This document shows positions 23,275-37,612 of a stretch of DNA of 64,000 nucleotides, piece by piece. Under the pieces are notes generated by a model. That model was not told the DNA's origin. It searched no databases and saw only the letters and a program-made list of their open reading frames with translations. Location: assembly GCA_032718475.1 (NCBI GenBank), contig JAUCBJ010000764.1, forward strand, positions 1 to 64,000, written 5' to 3'. The translations under genes and the position numbers were made by a program. The DNA is from Nemertoderma westbladi. Lineage: Eukaryota > Animalia > Xenacoelomorpha. The first letter of the stretch is position 1. Each line of letters starts with the position of its first letter.

Positions 23275-23400
23275 ATTGTTCAGCTTGGGCACTCGTGGAC
23301 ATTAGTGAATTGAGATCCTCCCAGTCACCAGTTCCTGAAGGATTGTCTCTGTCATACCATTGACTAATAGGTCCGTCGCAATCATCATGTTGGGTCTCTC
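23275..23400 (-). CDS. WxxW-repeat gene, exon type A
   Basis: 126 nt, AG/GT; DCDGPISQWYDRDNPSGTGDWEDL. Confidence 0.85.
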
Positions 23401-24174
23401 CTATTATTTATAGAAAAATAATATGGATGAAATAGAAAAGGAAATGAAATATGTAAAGGTCGGTGATGATGATATATGTTTATTATGCCAATTGACAACA
23501 GCACATACCCAGTCATGTTTGACATATAAGATATTAATTTAAATAAATGATTGTTTAAAGTTCGATACTAAAGGAATTATTTAAATGTATATACATTTAA
23601 ATTATACCTTATTAATAAGTTATTATACCTATATAATAAACTGACTTAACTAAGAGTAATTATATTCATTCAAACTATCCAATCAATCTATTTTTCAATT
23701 AGAGTTCTTTATTCTCCATGATTCATCTGTATGGAAGGTTTGAACTTTGAAGACAATTATCTCTGAATGACATTTCCCGTCTCTCTTCCGCCATTTCTTA
23801 ACCGTTTTTTGCAATTTTTGATTTATATGAAAGGTAATTTCTAAGTTTAGAAGCTTGGTAAGCTTCAAGAAATTTCGACCAGATTTCTTGTTTTCCTAAT
23901 ATTTCCCAATTTTTTTAATGAAAAATTAGAAAAAAACATGGCTTTTTCATTTTTTTTTAATTTTTAATTTTTGTTTACAAAATTGCCAATTATTAGAGAA
24001 TGGTTGAAAAATATGACGAAAGTTAACATGCTGGTTCCAAAAAATGTGGTATTAAATAATAAAATTGGAAAATAACGGAGGGGGTTGCATCCTATATACT
24101 GGTGAAATGCCAACTGACATGATATCCAGGGTACCTGTTACCCTGTATACGTGGCCCAAATTGTTAATACATAC

Positions 24175-24360
24175 CGGGACAACAGAAACGAATCTCATAA
24201 TCCTGACACTGACGTCCGCTACTCTGGGCGCTGTTCTTGCAAATAAGACCATCTGCTGAATACATTGATATACTATCTCCAGTAGCCCAGGCATCGATAT
24301 GTGTTTGTATTGTTCGAGCTTCAGATAATATTGGTTCCAAACAATTGTGTTGAGAAAACC
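24175..24360 (-). CDS. WxxW-repeat gene, exon type B
   Basis: 186 nt, AG/GT; HNCLEPILSEART...CQDYEIRFCCP. Confidence 0.88.
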
Positions 24361-24506
24361 CTGTAGAAATAATATATTAAATGAAATGTAAAATATAAAA
24401 CGTAAATAATAGGTTTTCTCACGTTCAGTGTGACAGACAACATAATTCCACAACTCGTAGTCACCTCTTTGAACTTTTAGGACCCCATTTTAGAACCACT
24501 TTAGGC

Positions 24507-24782
24507 GCCCATGTGAAGAATACCAGGATTTCACTTTTCGGTCGACTTGTTATTGAAATGTTATATATGAAGATTTTTTATTTTTTTAAATTTATCTTTA
24601 TTAAGTGTTATATAGCACTTATTTCTATCTTATAACCAGTACATATACTAATTCGTTTATTGTTTTGGTTAGATTCATCCCTTCTGTAACCTGTGTTTTT
24701 GGTGAAAACCTGGTGTTCTTCACATGGGGGTAACTGCAAAGTGAAATATAACGGCAGAAAGTCTGGTATTCTTCACGTGGGC
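24507..24782. mobile_element. MITE with ~20-bp TIRs
   Basis: gcccatgtgaagaataccag ... ctggtattcttcacgtgggc. Confidence 0.65.
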
Positions 24783-25639
24783 CACTTAGGGCACATGTAT
24801 GTAATACATTGGACTATTGGGCTTATGTACCATACCATTTCTGGGGAATTGGTTCAATAGAATGGTTTGAAATTTTAATCGGAATTAATTTAGCCCTTAT
24901 CTCAGACGTAAAAAATCCAAAAGGTTATATTGATCACCAGAAATTTTAAAATGAAAAAATTTTATTTTTAAAAATTGAAAAAACACATATTTTGGCAGAA
25001 TTTTGTGATGTAACTTTTTGCAATTTCTAACCTACTTGTCTAACTGTGGTTCCATCTATAAAGGATTAGTAAATGATGAACATATACTGAAAATTTCATG
25101 AAATTTGGTCCAATAGTTCCTGAGAAACAGGTAGATGAGTAAAGAAAATGTAAAATATAATTCTGAGATAATTGCATTTAAATAAACTATCTAATTTAGC
25201 TTACCACGTACTAAATATTAGATGTAGTTTGTAAATCGTCAGATTTACTTACTGTAAGAAAATATGTCTGTTTGTTTGTCACACGAAAGGCTCCGAAACT
25301 ATCTGGTCAATTATGTTGTTTTTAATACCCTCCTGTAGTGTATGGTCTGAATGGGTGTATAAAGCAATTTTCAGAAAAATACAGTAATTAGTTTTTGCAA
25401 AAAAATTAAATAAACGAAAAGTGCCATAGACGCAATGGTAAAATAACACCAATAACAGCGTAGTGTTCAACGTAGTAACAACATAGTGTTCATGATGAAA
25501 AATGGCTGATGTAATGTATGTATAAATCGATGAGGTTGCCAAGAATATTGCACTTAGTACACCCACACTGTTTGCTTAGGCCCTACTTCCATAAACTCCA
25601 CTCCCTTATAACCTTGAAATTCTTCAAAGGGTAGCACTA

Positions 25640-25706
25640 CTAGGATCGGCATGCTGCATTGCAGCTGCATTTTTAAGAATGCTGTGTCGGCTTATCGACA
25701 AAATAG
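25640..25706 (-). mobile_element. 67-bp 3' tip of an RTE LINE with a 14-bp TSD
   Basis: Matches the 3' end of the RTE at 60456; TSD aaagggtagcacta at 25626-25639 and 25707-25720. Confidence 0.85.
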
Positions 25707-26522
25707 AAAGGGTAGCACTAGTGTGTGTTAAATATTTTATACAGCTGATAGCCTTCTCAGTCAAGGTATGGGCGAATGTGAATTTATTACTAATTTCGGG
25801 TGAATGAATTTTAGTAAAAATGTAGGCATTCAACTGTAGTACTAATAATTGGTGTAATTAGAATCATGAGAGGGAAACGTAGGTATTTTCGTTTCAGCTG
25901 ATGGTATCTGTCTCCTGTCTGTATGGTGTAGTAATGGTGATGGTGAAGATTTACATCCCGCGAGCTTGCACGCCAATAGTTCTAATGAAGATTAATTACC
26001 AAACAATCTTTTAGGTTTATATACATACAGTAGCGTGCATATTTGTAAAATGCCTTATTAATCAAAAAATTATAAACTGGAAACCTATCTATCTATCTGT
26101 AATTGTTATATTTTGAGGCACAGAAGATCTAGGATAAACCAACTGTTAAAACAAACAACGATAAATATAATGCCTTTGTGTTTATCTGTATACCTGTCGG
26201 TTCATTCGTCAATAACAGACAGACAGACAGCCGGATATAACATTCTTTTAGAATCCTTTAAGTCAAATTAAGTTTTAAAATCAAGTTTTGACTGACAGAC
26301 AGACAGGCGAAAAGACAGACAGAGAGACAGGCCGACAGACAGATAGATATGCAGGCAGACAGACAGACAATCTAGAATACATGAAATATTAAAACTGACA
26401 TTAGAAATTACCTCACTAAGCAGGAAAAATACTAAAGCAAAAATTGTACAATGCGGGTGTATTTATTTTATATTATAATATAAACGATATATACATATTT
26501 ATTTATATTTATATTATCTAAC

Positions 26523-26648
26523 ATTGTTCAGCTTGTGCATTTGTTGACAGGAGTGAATTAAGATCCTCCCAGTCTCCAGTTCCTGACGGATTGTCTCTGT
26601 CATACCACTGACTCATAGGTCCATTGCATTCATCGTGTTGTTGCTCTT
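26523..26648 (-). CDS. WxxW-repeat gene, exon type A
   Basis: 126 nt, AG/GT; ECNGPMSQWYDRDNPSGTGDWEDL. Confidence 0.85.
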
Positions 26649-27232
26649 CTATATTTTGTGCATAAAAAAATATAAATTTCAAAAAGTTAAAGTTTAACAG
26701 TTATCAACAACTTGTAAAATATTCCGTATGCATTAATGAGAGTAAACGCATGCAAGAGAGTAAACGGTAAATAGAACACATATCAATAAATGAACCTACA
26801 ACTTTATTGCTAGAATACTACTGAGAAAACACCACTGGTAATGTAATTTAAGTAATGTAATCGTAAATAACAAACCAAAACACTATACTACTACACTATA
26901 GAAAACCAAAATTATGGACCATGTGCGCACTAACACAGGCCGATGGCCCCAGACATTGTGGGGTGTGAATTAGGGTTGTCATTATTTCAGGTTGGAAGAG
27001 GAAGGTGACGTTTAACGATATAATTTAATAAATGGGAAAAAAGAATAAGAAACAAAAAACAACTTATGCTAAATTGTATTCAAGAACGTACCATATAAAA
27101 AATACAAATTTCAACATATAGTACATCGCACCAGTTGGGTACAGAAAATAAAACTAATAGAATATAATGAATAATGTTTATGGAATTTTATTTTATGAGA
27201 CATTCTAAATGCACCGACTCAAATAGTTGTGC

Positions 27233-27325
27233 AAAAGGACCCGCAAAAGGACCCGCAAAAGGACCCAAAAAAGGACCCAAAAAGGGACCCAAAAAGGGAC
27301 CCAAAAAGGAACCCAAAAAAGGACG
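27233..27325. repeat. 12-bp minisatellite
   Basis: (aaaaggaccc(g/a)(c/a))n. Confidence 0.85.
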
Positions 27326-27889
27326 TGGAAAACGACAAGCTAAAACGCTACTTAATTTAATTAACACCTATCATTGAATAATGACTGAATTTGATCTCCA
27401 AAACATTAATGCAATCTGATGTTGTATTTCTGATGTTTGTCCGTCTGTTGGTAGGTCGGTTTGTCGCTCTGTTTGTCAGTTGTTAGTCCGTTATTTAATA
27501 AGTCAGTCTGTCTGCTTTTTCTGTGGTTGGTCTGCTGGTCTGTCGATCGGACAAACAATTGGATATAAGTAGGAATACACTTGAAAAGAACAAGCACAAA
27601 CATAATTCGTAAAATTTAGTGACTGTTACAAAATGTTCAAAGTTCAAAAGGAAATGTGTCAAAATTGTTACTGTAGCGACCAAAGCTACTGGAGAGTTTT
27701 AAGCAATAATCAAAGCGGCCAAAGGAAGGGAAGCCAACCCAGATTGGCAACCCAAAACAACTGTGGTAGATTTAGTCAGCACTAAAACTATTACGCAAGT
27801 AAGGGGAACAATTTCACTACTAAACCACATAGGGAGTATAGGTGCAGTATAGTGTAGGTAATAATGTATAACAAATGTATGTATATCTA

Positions 27890-30060
27890 TGTAACTACAG
27901 AGAAAGTCAGATTTGTTAGTTGGACATTAATCAGCTGATGCAAACGCTGGGCCAATCAGAGCCACAGGATTGGAAAGGCCGGTAGTATGAATATTAGTTG
28001 TGAGTATATAATATGCTGTAACCTCATTATTAAGCAGTTGTATGAGCATTTAGATAGGAAGTAGCGAACTAATTTGTACCGATCAGTTAACAACCATTAA
28101 GAATCAATTAGTACTGTTATTATCCACCATCAGTTTAATATTCAGTTGCGATTACTACTTTATTATTATCAATGATCAATATACATATTATATATAGTCT
28201 ATAGAAACATCAAACTCGTTATTCAACCATATGAACCATCCACACCTGGCTGGCTGCATAGTCGCGCAAGTTCACGTTTACGGTACGGTGTGTGTGCATT
28301 CACACAACTCCGCTACTGTAACAGTACAAATTAGTTATAATCTATGGACAGTAGTGAAGACGAGAGCGGGCAAGTAAAGATTGAAACTCAAAGATCGGTA
28401 GGTACTACTGACAGTGTAGGCCTACAATATCGGTAGAGAAGGAAGTGATGAGCGAGAGACAGTCGATCAGTGAGCGGGAAGAAGGGGACCAGATGGCCAG
28501 TATTGGGCCTATGGAGGGACCCCTGCAGGACGAGATCACGGTAATTGGGCCGGGGTAGGACTGGGACCAACCACAGTGTGATGGAACGATGGGTGAGGGT
28601 GTTGGTAGGGGCCCAGCTGAGGATGCTGGGAACCCGACAGTGGATGCGGGTGGAGCGAGCGAGTCAGGATGAGCGCACAGTGGGGTGGGAGCTGCTGGTG
28701 TGCCACGGACTGGGATCCCAGCCAGTGAATGGGGACCGACTGGACGAGGAGGTTCCAGAAACCCCGAGCCTGTTCGTCGCACCTGAATGACAAGGACATA
28801 GATAGATAGTTAGATTTATTTATACATTATGTAAAAACAATAACAAATACACCAAACAATGTACCGGTATAAATGTATTGTCCAACATAACATATAGGAT
28901 TACCCTTAACAGATTATTTCCAAGGGGGTCCTTACAGGACGACAGCTGGATCACCCACAAGTGAAGATACAGCTATAGTAGATTGGTTGGCCATGAACTA
29001 TAGCGCCATGAGGAGACAGCTGGCCGATGTGAAGGACACAGGTAACTTCGACGGCAACATGATGAGCAGGATTACTGAGGTAAATAACTCTTTAGATCAC
29101 CTTGTGAGATCACTCTCTAACCAACAGGCATTCATTATAGCGAGTGATTTGCACAGACTACTGTGTAGTGGTGTATTATATTTTAATATTTTAGTAGTAG
29201 GGCCTTATAGAGTGACCCATGTGGGGGTGAGAGGAGATACAAGGGAGGGTGGGGGGGAGCAAAACAGCTCCCAAGAACACAGTATAGCGGGGTCAACACC
29301 CTCTAAAATATTAAGAAGGGTGGCGGCCATTGATGTGGCGAGCCAAAAGCAGGCAATAGAATTAGAGCAAGAAAAAATAGATAGTGAAAATAGGGATATA
29401 GAGAGAGTAAAAAGAGAGAGAGTGGAGCGAGATAGAGATCTAGAAAAGTTGAGAGTGGACCAAGAGGAGGAGGAAGAAGCAGATCAAGATCAACAGGCGG
29501 AGTGGGTGAGAAGGGAAGAGGAATGGGTGAGAAGGGAAGATGAATGGGTGAGAAAGGAAGAGGAACGGGTGAGAAGGGAAGTGGATCAGGAAGACGAACG
29601 GGTGAGAATATTAGAGGAATGAGTGGAAAGAGTGAGAAAACGAGAAAATAGGGCGAGAGAGGTAAAAAAGAGATTAAATAGGACAGCCATAGAGCAAGAG
29701 GAGAGTAGAAAAATAAGAGAAAGGTTAGCCAAACAGAGTAGAAAGTTACAAGAATGGTGTATAGAGCAGGATAAACTAAATGAATTGGCGAAGGTGGGAT
29801 TTTCGGTGAGTGGAAGGAGAGAAAGTAGTATGCGGAGCGGGCGGGGTGAAAGTATTACAGGTAATAAAAGTTTGACATTCAGTAACAATACTACTGTTCT
29901 TCATAAGAAAGTGCAGCAGATGATGATAGACATGATACTTCCTACACCAGTACTATTTTAGGACCCAGCCAGATAATTTCCTACAGCTTTACCAAATAAT
30001 CAAATTAAAGACTTCATCAGCATGTTCAAAAAATCAAAAGTGAAGCCTACAGAGCAAAAA
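27890..30060 (+). mobile_element. Decayed retroelement 5' part (LTR-like promoter segment plus E/R-rich coiled-coil Gag-like ORF)
   Basis: TGT...ACA-bounded 27890-28323 with CCAAT and TATA motifs, followed by a purine-rich, stop-interrupted coiled-coil ORF (28344-29961). Confidence 0.35.
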
Positions 30061-30335
30061 CAATCATTTAAATAATCAAATAAAAATATATAAATATATC
30101 CCACAGATCATATTGCCCCCCCCCCCCCTTTAAGTCTCACAATAAACCTAATTTACAGAATGATATAGGATGAATAAAACATTGCTGTTTTATCTGCCCT
30201 CAAGTCACACTACCTTGAAATATTATTATTGTTATTTGAAATTATTTTGGAGTTGATTAAATAAATAATATAATTTTAATCAACTTTTTTCATAAACTGA
30301 AATTACATAATAAACTAAACATAGGAGTTGCATAC

Positions 30336-30521
30336 CAGGACAACAGAATCGTATCTCGTAGTCGTTGCAAAAATCCCCATTACCCTGATCGTCGTTCCTA
30401 CAAACAAGTCCATCAGCATTATAAATATAGAGACTATCGCCAGTTGTTGATGCGTCAATATGTGTGAAGGTGGTCCTAGCATGAGCAGATGTAGGATACA
30501 AGCAGTTGTTTTCTGTAAACC
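30336..30521 (-). CDS. WxxW-repeat gene, exon type B
   Basis: 186 nt, AG/GT; CLYPTSAHART...FCNDYEIRFCCP. Confidence 0.88.
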
Positions 30522-31068
30522 CTATAAATTAATAATAAATTTGTAATTTATATATATTAATTTATTTTGTAGTGCCACAATAAAATGTTAATAATATAAT
30601 ATAGACTAATATAGACTATATAAGAATTTTACAATAAATTACAAATGTCATGCACTTTTATTGGGACAACTGGGTAAAATGCTGGGGACTAGGGTGAGAC
30701 TGGGCTCCGACTTTTTCAGAATGGGCCTACCTTTTTTTTCTGGTGGACTAGGAGTACCGGTACAGTTACAGAGTTAGGCCTAGAGCAGTAAAGTGGTACG
30801 GGTAGGTAGCTAGTGGCAGACTACTTATGTTGGTATATAACTATATATATAATCGGACAGTATAATTAATATAGATGTTGGTATCAGAAGATTATCTATT
30901 ATTTATCATATCTGCCTGGCCTAAGGCAGTAAGGCCCAACACAGCAGTACTGATGACACAAACATTTTCGTAATTATTTATTTAGCCATATTTATATTAT
31001 TTCATTAATATAATTACCAGTTCATGAATTATATATTTATAATTTATTGATACTGTTTTGGTACTCAC

Positions 31069-31200
31069 ATCGCTCAGCCTCTGAATTAGAGGATAATAGT
31101 GAACTGAGTGTTTCCCAATCTCCAGTTCCTCCTGGATTGTCTCTGTCATACCACTGGCTCATTCGACCATCACATTTTTCAGGTGGAGTTGTTATAAAAA
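31069..31200 (-). CDS. WxxW-repeat gene, exon type A
   Basis: 132 nt, AG/GT; KCDGRMSQWYDRDNPGGTGDWETL. Confidence 0.85.
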
Positions 31201-31269
31201 CTAAGGAAAATATATTAATCATTATTATCTAATTTTTATTAATATAACTGGGTTAATACTATATGAATA

Positions 31270-34200
31270 ATATATATTATATATTATTTCGCTCGGCCAA
31301 TGGTTAAAATTGCACAATATGCACAAATTAAAAATTACAAGTAGTATTAGGGAGAAGACCAACTAGGCTACAAACAGCACTTACAGGAGGCTCGAAAATA
31401 TTGTACGCGAGGCGTTCAACACATAAATAAGGTTTTCTAAATTAAAAAGTATATTGAAGTAAAAAGAGTAAATAAATAATTTAAATAAAAACGTACCTAA
31501 AAGAAATTACATAAATATGTTAAAGTTGCACCATTTTAATAGGTCAAATTCACGTAATTTATTTGTAAAAGTTGCTAAGGTACGGGCCTCAACAATATTT
31601 ACAGGTAATGAATTCCATATGGGCACCACACGGTTTGAAAAAGAATACTTTGTTATTTGAAGTCTAGAGTAGTTTGTAAACAGTTTAACAGTCAAAATCA
31701 AGATCGACCAACTGTCTTTCAATTGAATATACCATCTTCAGATCAAAGATTAATCGTCGGACTTCTAGAGGTTGCAGCTTGAGGTACTCTGAACGTTGCA
31801 AGTAACTAGTATTGTGATTACCTAGATGACATCGGGCAAAAAGTCTTCTTGTGAAGTACCTTTGCACCCGTTCAATGAGGTCAATGCTACCTTTCTGGAA
31901 TGGAGACCAGATCAGCGTACAATATTCCAGCAAAGGTCTGACATACGATTTGTATGCAGTTAACATAGCTTTCTGGTTGGATGTATAAAAACAACGAAAA
32001 ATCATATTAATTATTTTAAAAGATTTCACGGCTTGTTCTCAGCAATATTTATCGAACTTGAGATCCGAACAAACGGTAATCCCAAGGTCTCTGCAATTAG
32101 TTTCAGATAAAAGTAAATTACCATTTAAAAAATAACTAGTTTTACTATTATTTGCACCAATATATATTACTGTACATTTATGGGCAGCAACCTTTAATTG
32201 CCACTCACTAGCCCACCACTCAAGAGACTCAAGTGCCGTTATCAACGGCACTTAATTGGCTATCAACGGTTGGTGCATACAACATCGTCGGCAAAGAGTT
32301 TACTTTTGCAAGTTCCTAGTACCTCCGGTAGATCATTGATAAAAAGTACAAATAGTATAGGTCCTAACACGCTCCCCTGGATAGTTCCAGAACGGACTGA
32401 GCACACATCTGAAAAATAATTACCAACAAGTACACGTTGGGTTCTGTTCGATAAAAAAGCCGTTAGCCAAGCTAAAAGATCACCAGTGATACCATAACTA
32501 GATAATTTACAAATAAGCTTAGAATGCACCACAGAATCAAACGCCTTGGCAAAATCTATGTAAATTATATCAATATTGTTCCGTTTATCTACTAAATTGT
32601 ACCATTGTGTTACACATTCCAACAACTGAGTAAAGGTTGACCTACGTTTTAAAAATCCATATTGTGCCCCTGTAATTATTTTATTAGTTTGTAAGTACTC
32701 GGTAAGTTCCAGCTTAATGCATGCTTCCATGATTTTGCATGTTACACAAGTAAGGGAAACTGGTCTATAATTGTACGGGTCGGATGGATCACCCTTATTA
32801 AATATTGGTATTATGTTGGCTGTTAACCAAATCGAAGGAAGAGCATGTGTTTCGAATGAAACTATAAATAATGCAGCCAGCGGCGTTGCAAGGCAACGAG
32901 CTAGCTTCACAAATAAGATACTGGGTAACCCATCAGGTGTACGCCCAGTTTTACATGGTAAACGCCGTAAAATAGAAAACACCTTAGGTGCACTAAATCC
33001 ACAGTTGATTTATTTACATTAATAGGGACCCTGCGAGAGAATGCGGGACAAGATCCGTTATCATTTGTAAAATCCTCAGATAAAACCTGAGATAAAAGTT
33101 TAGCTTTAGAAGCGTCGTCAACAATTAAATTACCATTACATTGTAAAGGGGCAATACCCGACTTATTACTGCGTTTCGAGTTTACATACTCGAATGTTGC
33201 ATCCGGGTTACCCGAACTTAATATTTTATTTTCCCTAGTGCAGGCCGCTCTAAATGCTGCCTGTGAAACAGCCTTGGCCGCTCTTTTATATGCGGCTTGG
33301 CCGCCTTCCGTGTGTCTACGCCTCCAAAGGCATTTCTTGCTCCTTTGCAGTTGTTTTACATAAGTCGGATAATGAGTTTTATTATTCCCCTTAATGGTTT
33401 TAAAAGGCACAAACTGATCAATTCCTGCTTTTAACACCATACAAAAATTACCCCAAAAATCATTTATGGTAGTAAGTACACGAGCTATATAAATGATGCC
33501 AATCAGTATTATCCAGATAGGCAGAAAAATTTGTAAAATCTCCTTTGGCAAAATCGTAAAACCCCAATGGTTTACATTGGGCAAATTGCCCGGGCGCTAA
33601 AATATTAAAATACACCGAATCATGGTCACTCGTAGAAAACGGTTCGTCAACTGACACACTAGATACAACTAATAATAACCGATAACCGATAAACAGAAAC
33701 GATCCGTAATGGATCATTTCCTATAAGGTCAACTGCTACTATTTCCGCTTCATCATACAGCTGAGATAAACGAACCTTTATACATTTAATATAATTGCGG
33801 ACAAGGATAGCCACCCCACCACCTCTACTTGGGCGGTCATTTCTAAATACTTGAAATTGTTTATCCCCAGAGATCGCTGCGTCTGGTAGACTATCGTCAG
33901 TCCAAGTTTCGTTTATCCCTATTATATCTGAATCCGTGTTGTTTAAAAACAGATTTAAATCCGCTAGTTTGTTATTTAGAGAAAACTAACGCGCGTTAAA
34001 AAAACAGCAATTAATCAGAGGTTTCTCATTCTGATCTTCTCCCCCAGTTAGTTTTCCTGTGCCTGTGGACGATGGCGCCAGTCCCGTTCCTGTTTCCATC
34101 TGCCATCAGTTTGTTTAGCGAACTTCCAAATTGTTCCATCTTGTCTGAGACTGTAGCTTTCTGTAACGTTGGTTCCTTGTGCTTGCTTCGTATCCTTGTT

Positions 34201-35345
34201 TAAGTTGAAAACTATCTTTGAGCGATCTTTATATATCTTCCGCTGTTCGAGCGATTGACTCGCTCGAACTCGAATCTCAGAGTTGATAGAAGACACTTCT
34301 TCTTTCCTCGCCTTTTCGATGTTGGTTCGGAATAGTCGGGAATCTTGTTCCGTTTTAAAGGATACCTTGACTAACCTATCCGAGTCTGGATTCTTCCGTC
34401 CTAGACGTGTTACTTCGGTAACCAATGTCGGTTCTACACCCGCATGGGTGCAAAGACTGGTTACCTCGGTTTTATCGAAATCGTTGTCGTCTGAGTCCTT
34501 TAATCTCGCAATTATCGCTTCTTTTTTCAACTGTTCGCCGCGGAATACTTCCCGAATGGAGGACTCTACCACTTTGGCTAGCGGAGCGGACGAGCCCGGG
34601 TTCAGACCTCATCCTCCGCTTCCAGGCATGTTTCCACCCTTATCATTGGCAGGATTTTTCATCATTTTCAGTTCCTCAGAGACCGATTTGAGTAATTCCG
34701 TTTGTGATGCGACGAGTTTACTCAAACTAGTGACTTGGTTGTCCAACCCCATAGTGGGTGGGTTGGGCTTTACCGTCCCTTTTTTATGTAAGCTACCATG
34801 ACAAGCGCGACATAGATAAACCCAGGGAGTGTACTCCTCGGGATGATGTAATGTTGCGTCATCGTAAAATTTTACGGCACCATTTAATTGCCTTGAGGGC
34901 AAGGCATTAAATGCGCATTGGTAACATACCCAATGTGTACAGCCGGCACATCCTACCCAGCGATCGTGGAAGGAGGATGGTGGTCGGGAACACACCTCGC
35001 AGTGGGTTGGATCCTCAAACTCGTCGACTTTCTTTTTACGACCCCCCTTCCGCTGTTTCGCTGGATTAATGTTCTGACTGGGACTGGGACTTTTGTAGTT
35101 ATCCGTGCCTTGGCCGTCATCTTCTACATTACCATGGCATTGCTGAAAATGGTCGTTGAGACTAACAGTATTCGCGAAAAACCCGTTACATTCCTCACAC
35201 TCCTTCAGAGTGGAAAAGTTTGGGATTTTTTTCCCTGGCCCTGATTTATTGCTCGACCTCGTCTTCATTGTGGTTGTAGTGTTCTGTAATAAGTTCAGAA
35301 GTTCCCTGTATCGTATCTTGTAATTCCGTATTCCTGTATTCAAAC
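31270..35345 (-). mobile_element. CR1-clade LINE, near full length, degenerate (ORF1 with C2H2 + PHD-like fingers; ORF2 EN-RT)
   Basis: ORF1 34048-35343. EN remnants (FFNAR, SDHDSV). RT NYRPVSLT, QYGF, YIDFAKAFDSV, QGSVLGP, FADD, YVRPLLEY, FSNRVVPIWNSLP. Confidence 0.9.
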
Positions 35346-35937
35346 TAATTCAATTCCAAAATTCAAACTAGTACCGGTATTATGGTAAAGCAGGTACAGC
35401 AGATTACACTTTTAAAGAATTGCGGAACCTATAGTTATGCTGTAGGCCTACTACAATAACAAGAAATAACCTATAAGAACCTACTAACCTACTACTATAA
35501 TAAGAAATATAAATAAAATAAATAATATAATATGAATATAGCTATTGATAATGATATTCAATTAATATCGAAATATATTTAGGTAGCTAATTATTTTATA
35601 AAGAAATAAACATTATTTCATCTCCGACAATTAACAACTGCTTATAATATAATATGATATATTTCTACACAGTCTAGTCAACCATCAGTCAGTATCTTAT
35701 CTTGTTTTCAGCTAAAAACAACTATATGCCATATTGGCCTATATACTGCAAAGTGGTACTTCTCACTCAGCTTGGAGTAATTCACCATCAAAGCACTGAT
35801 AAGTTGATCTTATGGCAAAATAGTCATTTAACCAAGGTTAAATTACTTATCAGCAATGGAGATTATTAAATGCTGAGGTCAAACAGAGATCCTAGTCAAC
35901 CATGAGTAGTAAATTCTTTGATATTATAGAAGTGTAT

Positions 35938-37612
35938 GAGCCGATTGTTCAAAGCTCCCTTAAAGTTAAGGGATCCCTTAACTTTAAGGTTTCATCGCTA
36001 AATGTCCATTTAACTTTAATTTCGGTTGCTCAAAAGTTAAATGTACATTTAACTTTTATAAGTTAAGGGAAAACTCCATGGTTTCTAGAAAGAAAATTCA
36101 TTTTAGCTATAAATTTACAAAGGATAACTTGTTTTTTAATAGTTAATTTTAATGGTTATTTATTTGCATTATACTACCATTATGGCATTCGTTCCTCTCT
36201 TGATTAATCTCAGTACAAGAAAGAAAGTTAGAAAAAATAGAACTAAAATAAATCCAATGAATTACTATAATAGCACTGAATTCTTCCAGCGCTACCGTTT
36301 TACAAAGCCAACATTTGCCTACACGATCTAAAACGTCAAACTAAGCGCAACGAAGCTTTGAGTGTTGAGTTACAGCTAGCAGTTACTCTGAGGTTTTACG
36401 CATCGGGTTCCTTCCAGAATGTGGTTGGTGACACATTTCCAATATTGAATCAGTCTTGTGTTAGCAGGACAATTTTTCGAGTAACGAATGCTCTCCTGAA
36501 ACATTTAAATATATTCATATGTTTGCCAACCGGCGAAGCTAATTTGCAGAAACTTAAGGACTTCTTTGCAGTTGCTGGTGTCCCTGGCGTAGTTGGCGCG
36601 ATCGATTGTTCTCATGTGAAGATAATACCACCGCCTGGGGACCAGAGTGTCTACTACGTCAACCGCAAAGGTTACTATAGTGTCAATTTTCAAGCCATCT
36701 GTGATGCAAATTGCATATTTCTGAACATTGTTACCGATTGGCCTGGCAGTGTGCACGACTCGCGTGTTTTAAAGAATAGTAAAGTTGGAATTGATTTCGC
36801 AACCGGCAAACGTAACGGAATTCTGTTGGGAGACAGCAGGTATCCTTGTCAGCGTTGGCTACTCACCCCACTCCTAGAGCCAGAGATAGAAGCGAGGGCG
36901 GAAAGGCGTTATAATACAGCCCATAAGAAAACCAGGAATGTGGTAGAACACCCATTTGGTATCCTCAAACGTCAGTTTCACTGCCTCCATGGTGAAATGA
37001 GAATGCGACCCAAGAAAGTATGTTGCATTATTGTAGCATGCGCGATACTACATAACATTGCTATGATGCGGGACTATGACGAGGCTATGACGCCTCAGAG
37101 GCAAGAGCCTCATACCTGTTGCCCAGCTGTAGTGTGAAGCTGGATCTCACACTTGGCTGTTGCAACAGAGAGGACCACTCATTCCGCGGCAAGGCAAATT
37201 TCGTTGTTCTGCTAGCACGCAGACATGACGACAAGAGGAAGCCATTGTGGAGAGAAACATTATTATATTAATTTATACAGGTACAGTACTGTTAATATAC
37301 CAAATATATACAAAGTAAATAATATACATTGTCGCTGAACTATGGCCAGCGGACACGGTAGGCTACGAATTGGTACCGGTACCTACAACCCAGTACAGAA
37401 TAGGAAACACGGAAATTTACTTTCACTTTACAGAGTTTTCCCTTAAATGTACATTTAAATATCTTAAATGTACATTTAGTTAAATGTACATTTAAAATCA
37501 TTTCAATAACCCGATTTTGATTGGTTGAAATGTCCATTTAACTAAATGTGCATTTAAGATATTTAAATGTACATTTAAAGTTAAATGTACATTTAGTTTG
37601 AACAACCGGGCC
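35938..37612 (+). mobile_element. PIF/Harbinger DNA transposon with TIRs and TAT TSD
   Basis: TIRs gagccgattgttcaaa / tttgaacaaccgggcc (13/16 match); TAT on both flanks; subterminal TAAATGTACATTTA palindromes. Confidence 0.9.
36182..37137 (+). pseudogene. Harbinger (HARBI1-like) DDE transposase, frameshifted near 36320, C-terminus replaced
   Basis: LRFYASG, GAIDCSH, NRKGYYSVN, WPGSVHDSRV, LGDS.YP, RNVVEHPFGILK, ILHN. Confidence 0.88.

Noticed and set aside
27174-27377. KGPK-repeat peptide
   Set aside because: Translation of a 12-bp minisatellite.
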